From Macrostomum lignano (taxonomy: Eukaryota), in NCBI GenBank assembly GCA_002269645.1, contig NIVC01003906.1, positions 6,331-70,330 of the forward strand: a DNA stretch of 64,000 nucleotides, in the 5' to 3' direction. Below the pieces are notes generated by a model. It made no database searches and was not told the DNA's origin. It worked only from the letters and a program-made list of their open reading frames with translations. Positions 1 to 11,729 of the stretch are shown here, in pieces. The position numbers were made by a program, and so were the translations under genes. Positions within the stretch are counted from its first letter, which is position 1; each line of letters starts with the position of its first letter.

Positions 1-1073
1 TGGCCCCTGCGCACACTAGAGATCATGCGCCAGACTACAGTAATCTTTGCATTTGCACTACTACGAGTAGTACGCATATATATGGTTTGGATTGCTAAAA
101 ATAAAACACAGTTATAACAGAGAATGCCTGCATAAGGACAGAACCGCTTCCCTGCTGTTGCTGGAGTGCTGTCCGAGTTATCGACATTGGCGAAAGTTAG
201 AATTTTTAGCTTCAGGAAAAAGCAAGAAAAGGGAGTCGATGCTCTGATTGCGACTCAGCCCTTCCACCGGGCTCTGCCGCATCCCAACCGTCTCACGATC
301 ATGACCGGATGTGCAAAAACGTGCATCATAAAGAAAGTACTAGCGCGTATTCTGAAGATTCTCAGATTTTATCTACTTACTAATCGATTCAAAGCAGCTT
401 ATTTTTGCTGACAAGTGTTTTATGCGTACGTTTTATTTATTGTAGAAATTCTTATAAGAACTCACACGTTGAGAATAGGCCTGTGACAGTCGAATTTGGA
501 GACTATAGATCAGTGAGAGTAGACTAATGAGATTAGACCAGTGAGACTAGAGAAGTGAGACTAAATCAGTGAGCTTAGATCTGTAAGAGTCGACCCAAAA
601 GACTATATGGATCAGTGAGAATGGACCACTGATAGAATACATGCGAAAGTTGACCTGCGACAGAAGACGAGTCGTCCAGCACTTTAACAACTCTCTAACA
701 GATACGCTTAAAGATTTCTCTTATTTTTTTACAAAAGAAACACGCAGACGGTAAAGTCCGTATACGCACCGACATCAAATGTAGCCAGCTCCCTGAGCAA
801 TGTTGCCCCTCATTTCTACTTGCAAGCGCAATCGGAATACAAGTTCCTTATCAAATCTAGTACGTTGGGCCTGCGACACTGTGAACAGAGTGTTAAGGTG
901 CCACGTGCGGGCAAAGCTTAGTGATAATGAAGAGCACGTTGTAAAAGGCGGTTTTCGGAGCTCTTGATCTGATAAGACTTAGTCAAATAAATAGAGAGAA
1001 TTATGCTTGAATTGAGTTCTCAATACTGCAGGGTGTACAGTAGAAGCAGATTAGAGAAAGGCAGGGGGCAGTC

Positions 1074-3700
1074 ATGAACGATCCAACAGTCAGCTACGAC
1101 AATAATCTGGATCAGGAGTCAATCAGCATGTGAGTGCGTTTCTGTCATTTGCTATATTCTAACTGACTAATAATGCTAACTGATTAAATTTCTAGAAAAA
1201 ATTCTTTACATGGAAGTCCTGTTCTATAAATTGGCCTTCAAAAAATTGACCAAAAACTGAAAATCACTTTCTTGCCAATTAGTTCTTCCAATAAATCGGC
1301 TTTAATAAAAACTAAACTTCCTAAAAACAGGCTTTCATAAAAAGGACTTTTGAAAATCGGCCCTAAAAATGGCCCTTCATAAAACGGCCTTCATAAAAAC
1401 CGGCCTTCATAAAACGGCCTTCATGAAACGGCCTTCATGAAACGGCCTTCATAAAAACCGGCCTTCATAAAAACTGGCCTTCATAAAAACCGGCTTTCAT
1501 AAAAACCGGCTTTCATAAAAACCGGCCTTCATAAAAACCGGCCTTCATAAAAACCGGCGTTCATAAAAACCGACCTTCAATAAATCGATATTTTTTTCAG
1601 CCGCGAGGTCTCCTACGTGGGCATCAACTCGAACTCCACCGCGTTCAACCAATCCGGCTCCCGACGTCGACAGCAGGGATGCCGTCGTCGCCGGCGCTGC
1701 CGACGCTGGTTGGTCGAGATCGGCGACGCTGCTCGCCTGCACGCACCAGCCGCGGCAGCCGGTCTTCTCGGCATCGGGCCTCAAGTCGCCTGCCTTGTCG
1801 CCTGCGGCCGATTGTCGTCGATTGAACTGTCCGCCGCCAGCGTCTCGCTGCCGCTGCTTGTCGGGCTCTGCTTGGCGCCGGCGCTAACTGCCGGCGCTGT
1901 GTCTGGCGCCAGCGCTGGCGCCGTCGCTCTTCTCCTGGCCGGCTGTCTGCTGGCGAACTCGCGCCCGCTGCTGCTGGCGCTGGGCCTGGCGCCCGACCTG
2001 GCGCAGATGTCAGCCGACCTGCTGCTGGCGCTCCTGCCTGGCGCCGTTTTCGCCTGCGGCTTTGCTTGGCTCAGTCGAGCGCGCCGTCTATCTGGCGCCG
2101 GCTGCCCATCGGCGCCGTTGCTATGCTCGTTGCTAGGCAACGCAGCTTGCATTGGCGCGTTGGTATACGGCTCGGCCGGGCGGGGCCTGCGATACCTGGG
2201 CGTCGGGGCCTGCTACTCGGCTGCCCAGGCAGTCGCTTTGATGTCGTTGCTGGCGACAGCCGCGGTGGAGTCGGCGGCTGCCGCACTTGGCGGTCGAATC
2301 GGCGCCGGACCGACTTGGATTTGTCGCGGCAGCGGCGGCGGACGTCGACAGAGGCGCGTCTGGCTGGGCTTGGCCGCAGGCATTCTGGAAGGCGTCGCAT
2401 TCGACGCTGCGCCAACGCTGGTTGCCGTGGCGACGGACTCGACTGGGGGTCTGGCGGCTGCTCAAGGAGTCGCTTGGCAGGTGGGATGGAGTGACAGATG
2501 GAGTGACGGATAGAGTGACGGATGGAGCTTTGGATGGAGTGAGAGATGAAGTGACGGGTGGAGTGACAGATGGAGTGACGGATAGAGTGACGGATGGAGC
2601 TTTGGATGGAGTGAGAGATGGAGTGACGGGTGGAGTGACAGATGGAGTGACAGATGAACCTATGGATAGAGTGATGAATCGTGTAATAGATGGAGCTCTG
2701 GATGGAGTGACGGATGAAGCTTTGGATGGAGTGACGGATGGAGTGACGGATGGAGTGACGGATGGAGTGACGGATGGAGTGACGGATGGAGTGACAGATG
2801 GAGTGAAAGATTGAGCTATGGATAGAGTGACAGATGGAGTGACGGATGGAGCTTTGGATGGAGTGACGGATGGAGCTTTGGATGGAGTGACAGATGGAGT
2901 GACGGAAGGAGCTTTGGATGGAGTGACAGATGGAGTGACGAGCTATGGATGGAGTGATGATTTGAATGCCGGATTGTGTTGCGAAGTTTTTTAGACGGAG
3001 AGACAGGAGTGGGCAGAAAGCCATATTTACCGTGACAAAAATGTGAGTGAGGAATTGACAGATGAAATGAAGGATGGAGTTGTCCAGAAGGGACAATAGA
3101 CAGCTTGAATTTTATTTACTTTAAATGTAACTAAAATGGCAAACAAATGCTAATCATGACACTACTAATAGTAGTCTTTTATAAAATCACTTTTCTCAGT
3201 TGGTCGCCCTAATCCGAGCTGTCGGTCCGCTCGCTTCCTCGACGTCGGTCGGCCTCCGCGTCGCCGGTCAGTTGGATCGGCGCGACGCGCCATCCGCTCG
3301 GCGCAGCCTTAGCGCCGGGCTCTGCCTCGCCTTTGCTATTGGCGCCGCTGTTGGCGCCACGCCTCTGGCGCTATTCCGCTGGCCGCTGGCGCTCTGGCTC
3401 TGCCCCTGCTGGCCGGAGTTAGCGGCCAGGCTACTCGGAATTGCGGCGCCGTTGCCGCTCGCCGAGTCGCTCGCCCTGCCTTGCGCCGCCTCCCTGGCCG
3501 CCGTTGGCCATCCGTCGGTCGCTGCCGGCATCGCCGCGCTCGCCCTGGCCGGCGGCGCCCTGCCGCTGGGATTTCTGCTCGCAATGATCCCCGCTGCCCG
3601 GCTGCAGCTGGGCCCTGCCGGCTGCTGGCTCGGCCTCCTGGCCGGCTCCATTCTCGCCGTCGCGCTGCTCGGCTCGTCGCTTCTTCGACTGGCCTGGTGA
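1074..3700 (+). CDS. Divergent MATE/SLC47-family multidrug and toxin extrusion transporter, 3 exons: 1074-1129, 1601-2480, 3200-3700. The frame stays open past the TGA to TAG at 4061-4063.
   Basis: ATG 1074; donor AT|GTGAGT 1130 (phase 2) joins acceptor TTTTTTCAG| 1600; donor CAG|GTGGGA 2481 joins TTTTCTCAG| 3199 (phase 0). Repeated hydrophobic helices; MATE-like segments 'CGRLSSIELSAASV', 'STSVGLRVAGQL', 'LGPAGCWLGLLAG...LLRLAW'. Confidence 0.72.
1370..1578. repeat. Degenerate 17-19 bp minisatellite (CATAAAA(A)C(C)GGCCTT) in MATE intron 1
   Basis: About 11 visible tandem copies. Confidence 0.9.
2492..2960. repeat. 12-bp minisatellite (GATGGAGTGACG) in MATE intron 2
   Basis: Tandem copies start immediately after the 2481 donor. 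Confidence 0.95.
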
Positions 3701-4199
3701 CTCGGCGGCAGCAGCCTTCCGGACGAAAGTCTGGACGAGGCGGCGGCGCTGCTCGGCCAGTGGCGCGGCGGGCCGCAGGCATCGCTTCGCCGAGGCAGCG
3801 GCGTCATCCGGGTGGACCTGCTGGCGCCGAGATCCGCCACGGCTACGGCGAGGCCGACCCCGCTGCGGCCCTGCCTGATGGTGCCGTCGGAGTCGGGACA
3901 ATTGTCGGCATCTTCGACAATGTCGTCCCGCTGTCGACAAGTCACCGCCTGCCTGCTGCTGCTGATGACTGCGGCGGCTGCGGCTGCTCTGCGACTGCAC
4001 CAGGCCGACTTTTTGCCGCCGGTGGCCAACTTCAGCCTTCCGCTGCCCGGTGATGGTTGCTAGGCGACCATACTAGTCGCCATGGTAGCTAGTGTAAAGT
4101 ATAAATTTTGATTTCTTTTCGATCGATAAGTAAAATCAAATTTAAATTTGCGCCGAAGAGGGTCTGTCTTAGTGTCTGTCTTAGTGTCTTAGTGTCTTA

Positions 4200-4200
4200 G

Positions 4201-4245
<45 letters not shown>

Positions 4246-4620
4246 CACTCACTCACACGCTCACACAGGGTGTACAGTCGCCTTGACATCTTATCGTCAG
4301 ACATGTGCCATTCGGGGGTCTGATTCCCGATCCCACTGGAACAATTTGTGTCCTTGAGCAAGACAATTAACTCTACATTGCTTCAGTTCACCCAGCTGTA
4401 AAATGGGTGCCAGCATTAGCTGGGGTAATTGAGGGTGTGTGTGGCGACCCCCCAGTCCTTGGACTGAACAGCCTTCAGATGCGCCGCGCAATAGCTGCGT
4501 CTGAGCTGTCGGTTGCACATCTGGCTTAATTGGTGTTGGTGTAATCAATTATTATTGCTACGGAATCGAACCACGGGTCGTGGAGCTAAAGTCAGACGTG
4601 TTGACCGCTGAGCAGCCCAG
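4200..4620 (-). mobile_element. tRNA-derived CORE-type SINE with (GACA)n tail
   Basis: Minus strand: A-box-like TGCTCAGCGGTC and B-box GGTTCGATTCC (4562-4572). CCCATTTTACAGCTGGGTGAACTGAAGCAATGTAGAGTTAATTGTCTTGCTCAAGGACAC (~4347-4407) resembles the MIR/CORE domain as I recall it. Microsatellite tail 4200-4245. Confidence 0.75.
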
Positions 4621-4974
4621 TGTTTAAGAGTACTCTTCGGTGTCTAAAACTATAAGCGCGAATTTAAATGCGATTCAATTTACCGAACGATTTCACTATG
4701 GTAACAAAGGACCTTCTGTTGAAAGTCCCACGCACAGTTCCAGCTGATATTACAGCATAAAATTTGATAGGTAGTCGAGCCGGCTGTATTCTCATGCAGC
4801 TCAGGAAATGGCTCTGAACTATATTTAAAAAGAACATTTTTTATTGGAGGCAGAGGGGGGTTTGTGTGCACCCAGGCGCACTTTAAGCGACATTGTCACA
4901 CAACCGGCGAGAGGCATTGCTGCCCATTCCGCCCGACTCCCCTGAGCAGGCACACAAGCGCGCGGATACGTACG

Positions 4975-5200
4975 CAGTCATACGCACAGGCACACACTCA
5001 CACAGGAGTGTAGAGCGGCCCTAACTTTATTTATCGTTAGGCATGTACACTTCACTGTGCCTTGGGGGTTGGGCCTCAAGGGCGATAATTGCACGAGCAG
5101 AGCCAAGCCGAGATTCCAATTTAGCCCCAAATTAATGTGACTGCACTTGGAATCGAGCCTGGGCCGCTGGCACATCAGAGCCCCGTGGTTGAGCACTGTA
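4975..5200 (-). mobile_element. Degenerate tRNA-derived SINE, second family (related to the 43365-43610 copy)
   Basis: B-box-like GGCTCGATTCC (5149-5159); central block shared with 43440-43510 (GCATGTACACT...GGGGG-TTGG-CCTCA...GCACGA). Confidence 0.55.
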
Positions 5201-5924
5201 TTAAATTAGATTATTATGATTATAATACAATTATAATAAATTATATTGCATTTAATTTGAGACTGAATATCCTGCACAGCGGAATTTTATGTACTTCTTT
5301 GTTTAAACAAAATCAAATTCCTAATCTGTAATTTAATGTAAATCCGGTAGTTTTTTACGCATTTTTCTGCGCTATTAGCTACTAAAAAAAAAAAGTAGCA
5401 TAATAAGCGACATCTTTAGATTTTTTCGTTATTATAGTGAAAGCTTAGTCACTCGTGAGAAAGTAATTGCGCGTGTATATTTTTAATTTAATAAAAAATC
5501 AGACAATAAAGCATTGCAAACTCTATCTGAGCAACTGAAAAACAATTGCAAAACAAAATTGCGCACACGACATCAAAATATTCATTATACGCTACTTGAT
5601 ACTACGTAGCCAGTAGTGTAGACAGTTCACGGCAAGCTGAAACGAAAAAATATCAAAACTGGCTCGGTGAGAGAGAGAGAGGGCCCGTATGATTTGATCG
5701 ATTTTTTTAAACAAAAGACGCATTGCTTGCGGTGCAAGGCGGCGAGGCAAGAAGAAAAGCAACAGAAGAAAAAATGTGTTGTGAGCAAACAAAAGTACTA
5801 ATAGTATGGTACGCTACTATAGAACATAAAATCCAAATTTAAAACGACAGATCTCTTCACAAAGAAGTTTCGTATCATCTCGAAGTCTATAAGTAATTCT
5901 GCTTCCAGGTTTTCATTTTGTGGT

Positions 5925-8902
5925 TCACTTCTCAGCGGACTCCTGAAATTATAACAAAATATTTACAGTCAGTCATCATTAGATTGAGCACTTCTACTTA
6001 AAAAATGTTCCATGAATGTAGAATTGAAAATTCAGTTTTTTTATGAGTGCTCTCTGAGAGTCAGTGGTCCTAGTACGATTCCGCAAGTTAAAAAAGTTCT
6101 GCTTTAGTTGACAAGTATTATTGTACAAGTAATACAATACTACATGCAAACTATAGTATATAATAAAATGTTCTAGTATGTATTAGTGCACCTTTACTAT
6201 AATATCAATACTCCTGCACTATAGTATTAGTACACATGTACTTTAGTATCAGTGCACCTGTACTATACTATCAGTACAACTGCACTATAGTATTATTGGA
6301 CCTAGACATCCCACTACAGTATTAGTACACCTGCAGTAAAATATTACTACATCTGTATTAAGCTACCCCTCCATTCCCCCTCCCTTACCGATTCTCCCTT
6401 TTCCTCGGCCGCCTGCTCGGGCACTTCTTCCACCTGAAATTAGACGATTAATTAATCAATTTATCCATTCACTTACGGGTGTACTTTTATTTAGCTATTG
6501 TGGCATAACATTTAATACCTTCTCAAGCTCTTGTTTCTCCTCAGCTTCATCCTCCGCGTCACCGATGCCCGTCCCAGCCTCTTCTTCTTCATCAACCTGC
6601 CCGTTTCTGAGCGCCGCCTCGCGCTCCTCTTTGCGTCGGTCGCGCAGTTTCTTCTCGTTTTCGATTGCGGCGAAAAAGTCCGCCTCCGCCTTCGCAACCA
6701 AATCCTCATGCTCCTCGTCTCTGTGCTCCTCCTCTTCCTCCTGGTGTTGGGATGAAGATATTAGTGGATTAAGAGAGAAAGTTCATCTGACCCAATGATC
6801 ATGTCACTATGTGGATCAGCTGACCCACTGGTCCTGAATCTATCCCACTCTATGGGTCAGCTGACCCACTAGTCCCGAATCTATCCCATTCTATGGGTCA
6901 GCTGACCCACTGATCCTGGATCTATCCCACTCTATGAGTCAGCTGACCCACTGATCCTGGATCTATCCCACTCTATGGGTCAGCTGACCCACTGATCCTG
7001 GATCTATCCCACTCTATGGGTCAGCTGACCCACTGATCCTGGATCTATCCCACTCTATGGGTCAGCTGACCCACTGATCATGAATCTATCCCACTCTATG
7101 AGTCAGCTGACCCACTGATCCTGGATCTATATCACTCTATGGGTCAGCTGACCCACTGATCCCGAATCTATCCCACTCTATGGGTCAGCTGACCCACTGA
7201 TCCTGGATCTATCCCACTCTATGGGTCAGCTGACCCACTGATCATGAATCTATCCCACTCTATGAGTCAGCTGACCCACTGATCCTGGATCTATATCACT
7301 CTATGGGTCAGCTGACCCACTGATCCCGAATCTATCCCACTCTATGGGTCAGCTGACCCACTGATCCTGGATCTATCCCACTCTATGGGTCAGCTGACCC
7401 ACTGATCCCGAATCTATCCCACTCTATGGGTCAGCTGACCCACTGATCCTGGATCTATCCCACTCTATGGGTCAGCTGACCAGATTTGCATTCTTCTAAT
7501 ATCAGTGAAACTGTATAAAATCTTCCGAATTTCTCACTCTAGTCTGGCAGCTCATGTGATCGAAATAAATTATTTAAAGGAAGCTAAAATTGCTTCTTTC
7601 GTGTTCTGATCCAGTAAACAGGTGAATTTGATGAATAGAAGGTTTTTCCGTGAAAATTTGTGTACAAAAATGCGGAAACTTTGATCTACAACAAACGGCA
7701 GCCCAAGTCTTATGCTCCTAGAAGCAGAAGATTACCGGCGGAGCGGGCGTTTTGGCACTTCGAGTGCTCAATGGTGTCTCATTGCCACTGACGCTCTGCT
7801 AGATGAAGTTGGTTTGACCATTTTATAATTCGATTTTTTTAACTTGTTAGTCTGTTATTAAACAATCCAAAATAAGTTACAAAACATGTAAACTGTACGT
7901 GTGTCGTGGCTAAGAATTTGTTCAATGCTAAGGGGATTAAGCATTCGAAATTATGTCTAACATTTCAATATAGATTTTGCATAAACATATACGAGATTTC
8001 AGCTGACTCCCTTGAATTTCTTGCAAAGGGGTCAGTTGACCCTCCTGATTTTCACGAGTGAGGGGTCAAATGGCGGGGTCAATTTTCACGGGAGGTCAAC
8101 TGACTCCCTGATTTTTTTCTTCGTGAAAGGGGGCCAACTGACTCCCTGATTCTATCAAAGAAGGATTCAACTGACTCCCAGATCTTATTTTCTCGAGAAG
8201 GAGGTCAACTGACTCCCTGATTTTCTTGGGGGGTCAACTGACTCCCTGATTTTCTTGGGGGGGGGGTCAACTCACTCACTGGTTTTTTGCGGGGAGGTCA
8301 ACTAACCCATTGTTTCCCGCCAACACAGGGGTCAATTGACCATACTGAATTGCTCGCGGGGTGGTCAGCTGACGTATCAATCTCCCCAAAAAACTCACCG
8401 CTCCACCTTTCTTCTCCTTCAGCTTCATCTCGCGATGCCGCGACTCCAGAATCTTCTCTCGTCGAGTTTCCCGTTCGAAAATCGCGTTCACCAGATTTCG
8501 CTCGTTCCGGTTTTGCGCGTAGAAGCCTTCGGACAGCTCCACGATGGTGGCGACTCCCGACTGGCTGCCGCAGGCCATGAGCCGGCCGTGCTCCTGCAGG
8601 CGGAGGCACTGCAGCGGCTCGTCGCAAACCTGCACAGTCAGTGTCGGGTCGTTCTGCTTGAACAGCAGGTCCCACACGTCCAGGGTGCCATCAGTTTTCG
8701 ATGTGAAGAACACCCCGGGTCGGGCGGTGGACCAGCAACCGTCCGTGAGGCCGCACTGGTGATACTTGGTCCACATGATGGCGTTCTCTTTGATGTCCTC
8801 CGACCAGATGCGGGCTGTCCAGTCGCCAACTGACATGAAAACCTGCGGATGGGGGGGGGGCGGGGTTGTCTATCTCAAGCACTCGATGTCTGTGGGCAAA
8901 AT

Positions 8903-8934
<32 letters not shown>

Positions 8935-8937
8935 CTA

Positions 8938-9002
<65 letters not shown>

Positions 9003-9021
9003 GGCAGACAGACAGACAGGC

Positions 9022-9084
<63 letters not shown>

Positions 9085-9086
9085 TG

Positions 9087-9124
<38 letters not shown>

Positions 9125-10262
9125 ATAAGCTCACCTTAGGAAACTGCGGGTTCCTCTGCAGGGCGTACACCGGCCCAATGTGTCCGGGATACACAGCGAC
9201 AATTTTATCGGCGTCAGTTTTGCCTTTCCTGTTGCAAGCGAAAATCGCGCCCTGCTCCGAGCCGGCCATGAACTTAGTGGGAATTGTCGGCTCGTATTCG
9301 AGCGAGTAAGCGCCGTGAGCGCAGGCCAGGTCCTGCTTCTTTGTCGGATCCAGGCACAGCCGTTCGATCGGTTCGGACAGCTTTCGAGTGTCCCACCAGA
9401 GCACTTGACCGTCCGTGGACACTGAGAAGCACTCTGTACCGGTTTTGCTCTGGTTCCAAATCACTTTCCATACCGGATCGCGATGTCCGTTGGCCACCTC
9501 TGTTGACTCAACAGGTTGCGAACCTTTCCTTGAGTCCCAGTAGGCAATTTGACCGTTGTAGCAACCTCCAACCAGGACGTGCGAGTCCTTGGGATTGTAC
9601 TCCAGGCAAACAAGTGGCGACACCGGCTTAAGAGCGAGCTCCGGCTTGTTGGGATTGATGACGTCCCAGAGGTAGGACTCGGTGGACGTGTCCTTCGGCG
9701 CCCGCTGGAAATCCGTGTTGCAGTAGGCGATGGCCAACTTTGTTGGCCCATCCGGGTACCAGCTGATGTGCGCCACGCCGCGGTCTTTGCAAGGATCTCT
9801 GAACACGTTGATGGTCTTGGCGGAGGGCGGCTCTTCCGTTGCTTGAATCTCAATATCGCTGAAGTAGTCCTGGTAGATGTCTATAGCGTTGTTCTGCCTG
9901 ATGCAGTGCTCCATCTGGTTGCCGAGGTTCTGCACCGTACTGACGTACATTTCGTCTTTTTCGACCTTCTTACGAAACCGGATCACCTGTTCTACCTCCT
10001 GCGGATTGACGTCCTTCGGCCAGCCGCCCTCGGCGTGATTGACGCCATGGGAGTCAGTCTCAAATCGCTCGGTGTTCACATCGTGCTCGCTCATCTCCTG
10101 GACTACTTGGATGGCCCTGTCGACGGGGTCGCGCTCGAGGAACTCCTTCAGCGCTTCCGGGTTGGGCGCGATGTCTACCAGCAGCTCCGAGGGTCGGTCG
10201 CTGAAGATGCATTGGCGACCGAAATCGGCGCGCTTTTTCGTGTATACGTACTGGATCTCCAT
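5925..10262 (-). CDS. DNAI2: Axonemal outer-arm dynein intermediate chain 2 (WD40), 5 coding exons: 10262-9135, 8842-8399, 6740-6519, 6433-6389, 5942-5925; 618 aa
   Basis: N-terminus [23 protein letters not shown]...[14 protein letters not shown]...[11 protein letters not shown] matches the DNAI2 family as recalled; WD40 repeats; all introns GT-AG and phase 0; TGA at 5925-5927. Confidence 0.95.
6810..7481. repeat. 41-bp minisatellite (~16 copies), each unit carrying the 16-bp palindrome TGGGTCAGCTGACCCA, in DNAI2 intron
   Basis: Unit GATCCTGGATCTATCCCACTCTATGGGTCAGCTGACCCACT; period measured 6911 to 6952. Confidence 0.95.
8020..8375. repeat. Degenerate repeats GGTCAACTGACTCCC related to the 41-bp array core
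   Basis: About 8 irregularly spaced copies of GGGTCA(A/G)(C/T)TGAC. Confidence 0.7.
8905..9122. repeat. (GACA)n microsatellite filling a DNAI2 intron
   Basis: Direct observation. Confidence 0.98.
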
Positions 10263-10268
10263 GGCAAC
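10255..10268. promoter_or_regulatory. Candidate RFX X-box ATCTCCATGGCAAC centred on the DNAI2 start codon
   Basis: Fits the X-box consensus RTHNYYWTRRNRAC at all 14 positions in a ciliary gene, but overlaps a Kozak GCCATGG context. Confidence 0.35.
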
Positions 10269-11729
10269 CACCGGGTAGCGCGGTTCTTCGCTGAAATCGG
10301 CAAAGGACCAATATATTGTAATGTAATTCACGAAATAAATATATTTCATGAATATCTTATAGCAAATATTTATTTGAACTATATCACTTAATAGCTATTT
10401 TATAATTATCACAGTGATTATTATAAGTATTTTAGAGATAGTTCATCTACAGACACTGAAGATCTCTTCTTGTATCAAAACTGAAGAACCATCAGGCATA
10501 TGTGCATGTAACCAGTTCTCTTCAAAAGTTTGAGGTTGTGTGCTAAAAAAGAATCTCACAAAGAAGAAGTTATCGTTCCTGTAAAATGTATTGTAGTATC
10601 TACCAATTTCATTTAAAAATAAAATCGACATTCATTAGTTCAAATCATATATATTATTACATAAAAATCTTAAAGCAACAGAACAGAATGTCCACACTCC
10701 TTAATTCAATTATATTTTTTATATGATGATATTAGAGATTGGAGATTAATATTTAGTGAATAAGTTTCAGAAATAACTTTATATATTTCTGCTTCGGAGA
10801 AGATACACATATCGGAGAAAATGCAAAACGTAATACAGATAGTATTATAGTATTGATAATCATCACAATAAAATTTTCAGCTATTTTGAATCCTTAATTA
10901 TTTCCTTGATATCTATCCATTGCTATGGCTGTGCTACCTGCCAAGAAAAAGCTTAAAACTAAAAAAGTCATATATGAATATATAAAATAGTACGAGTATA
11001 TAGTTCCCGTCCCGTTATTTTGCTACTTTAGTTGAATATAGAACCCATTCAAGAATTCCATCTTATAAAATCGAAGTCATTTTTGTACTCAGAAATCGAT
11101 CGCATCCGGTCGCAATGCAACTAACAACCAAATAAAATATTTTGTTTAATAAAGAAAACAAAAAGAAAACTAACGAAAGTCGCAATTTATGCTTTTACTT
11201 TTTTTGCAGCATTGTAACTCGCCGACTGTTTTTTGGCTTTGTTTTACTCGTAATATACTAAAGCCCGTTGAATATGTTTCAAACTACGAAGTCATACACA
11301 GCTCAGCTCAGCGCAAGTAAGTCGTTCAAAATTTTAAAAGTTTCAGCTTTCATCCAATAAAAAGTTTTCTTTCATCCATCTTTTCACTGCAAAGCCACTT
11401 TGAAATTTTTTTTCCATGCTTTGAAATATCAAATAGTATTTTTTACTAATAAACGAATACTCAAATGACGTTTATGCTTAAAGAGCGTATTAAATCGATA
11501 TTAATATTATTATTATTATTATTAAATCGAATTACATTCAATGGGGTAGTCACTTTCAGAATCTTGTGGGATATCGGTTTTGAGACCATGAAATCACTTG
11601 TAAAGGATAAATACTCAGAAAATACTCGATTTATGAAACACAGCTTGGACACAATTCTGATCGAATTGACGACTCTCTGTATTTGCAGAAAATAAATTTA
11701 AGTTGAATTTAAATTGAATGAAGCGCGCA

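Noticed and set aside
4545-4620. Functional tRNA genes at the B-box sites (also 5149 and 43552)
   Set aside because: No complete cloverleaf or acceptor stem; followed by SINE body sequence.
6810-7481. CRISPR-like appearance of palindromic repeats here and in other arrays
   Set aside because: No unique spacers, no cas genes, eukaryotic intronic context.
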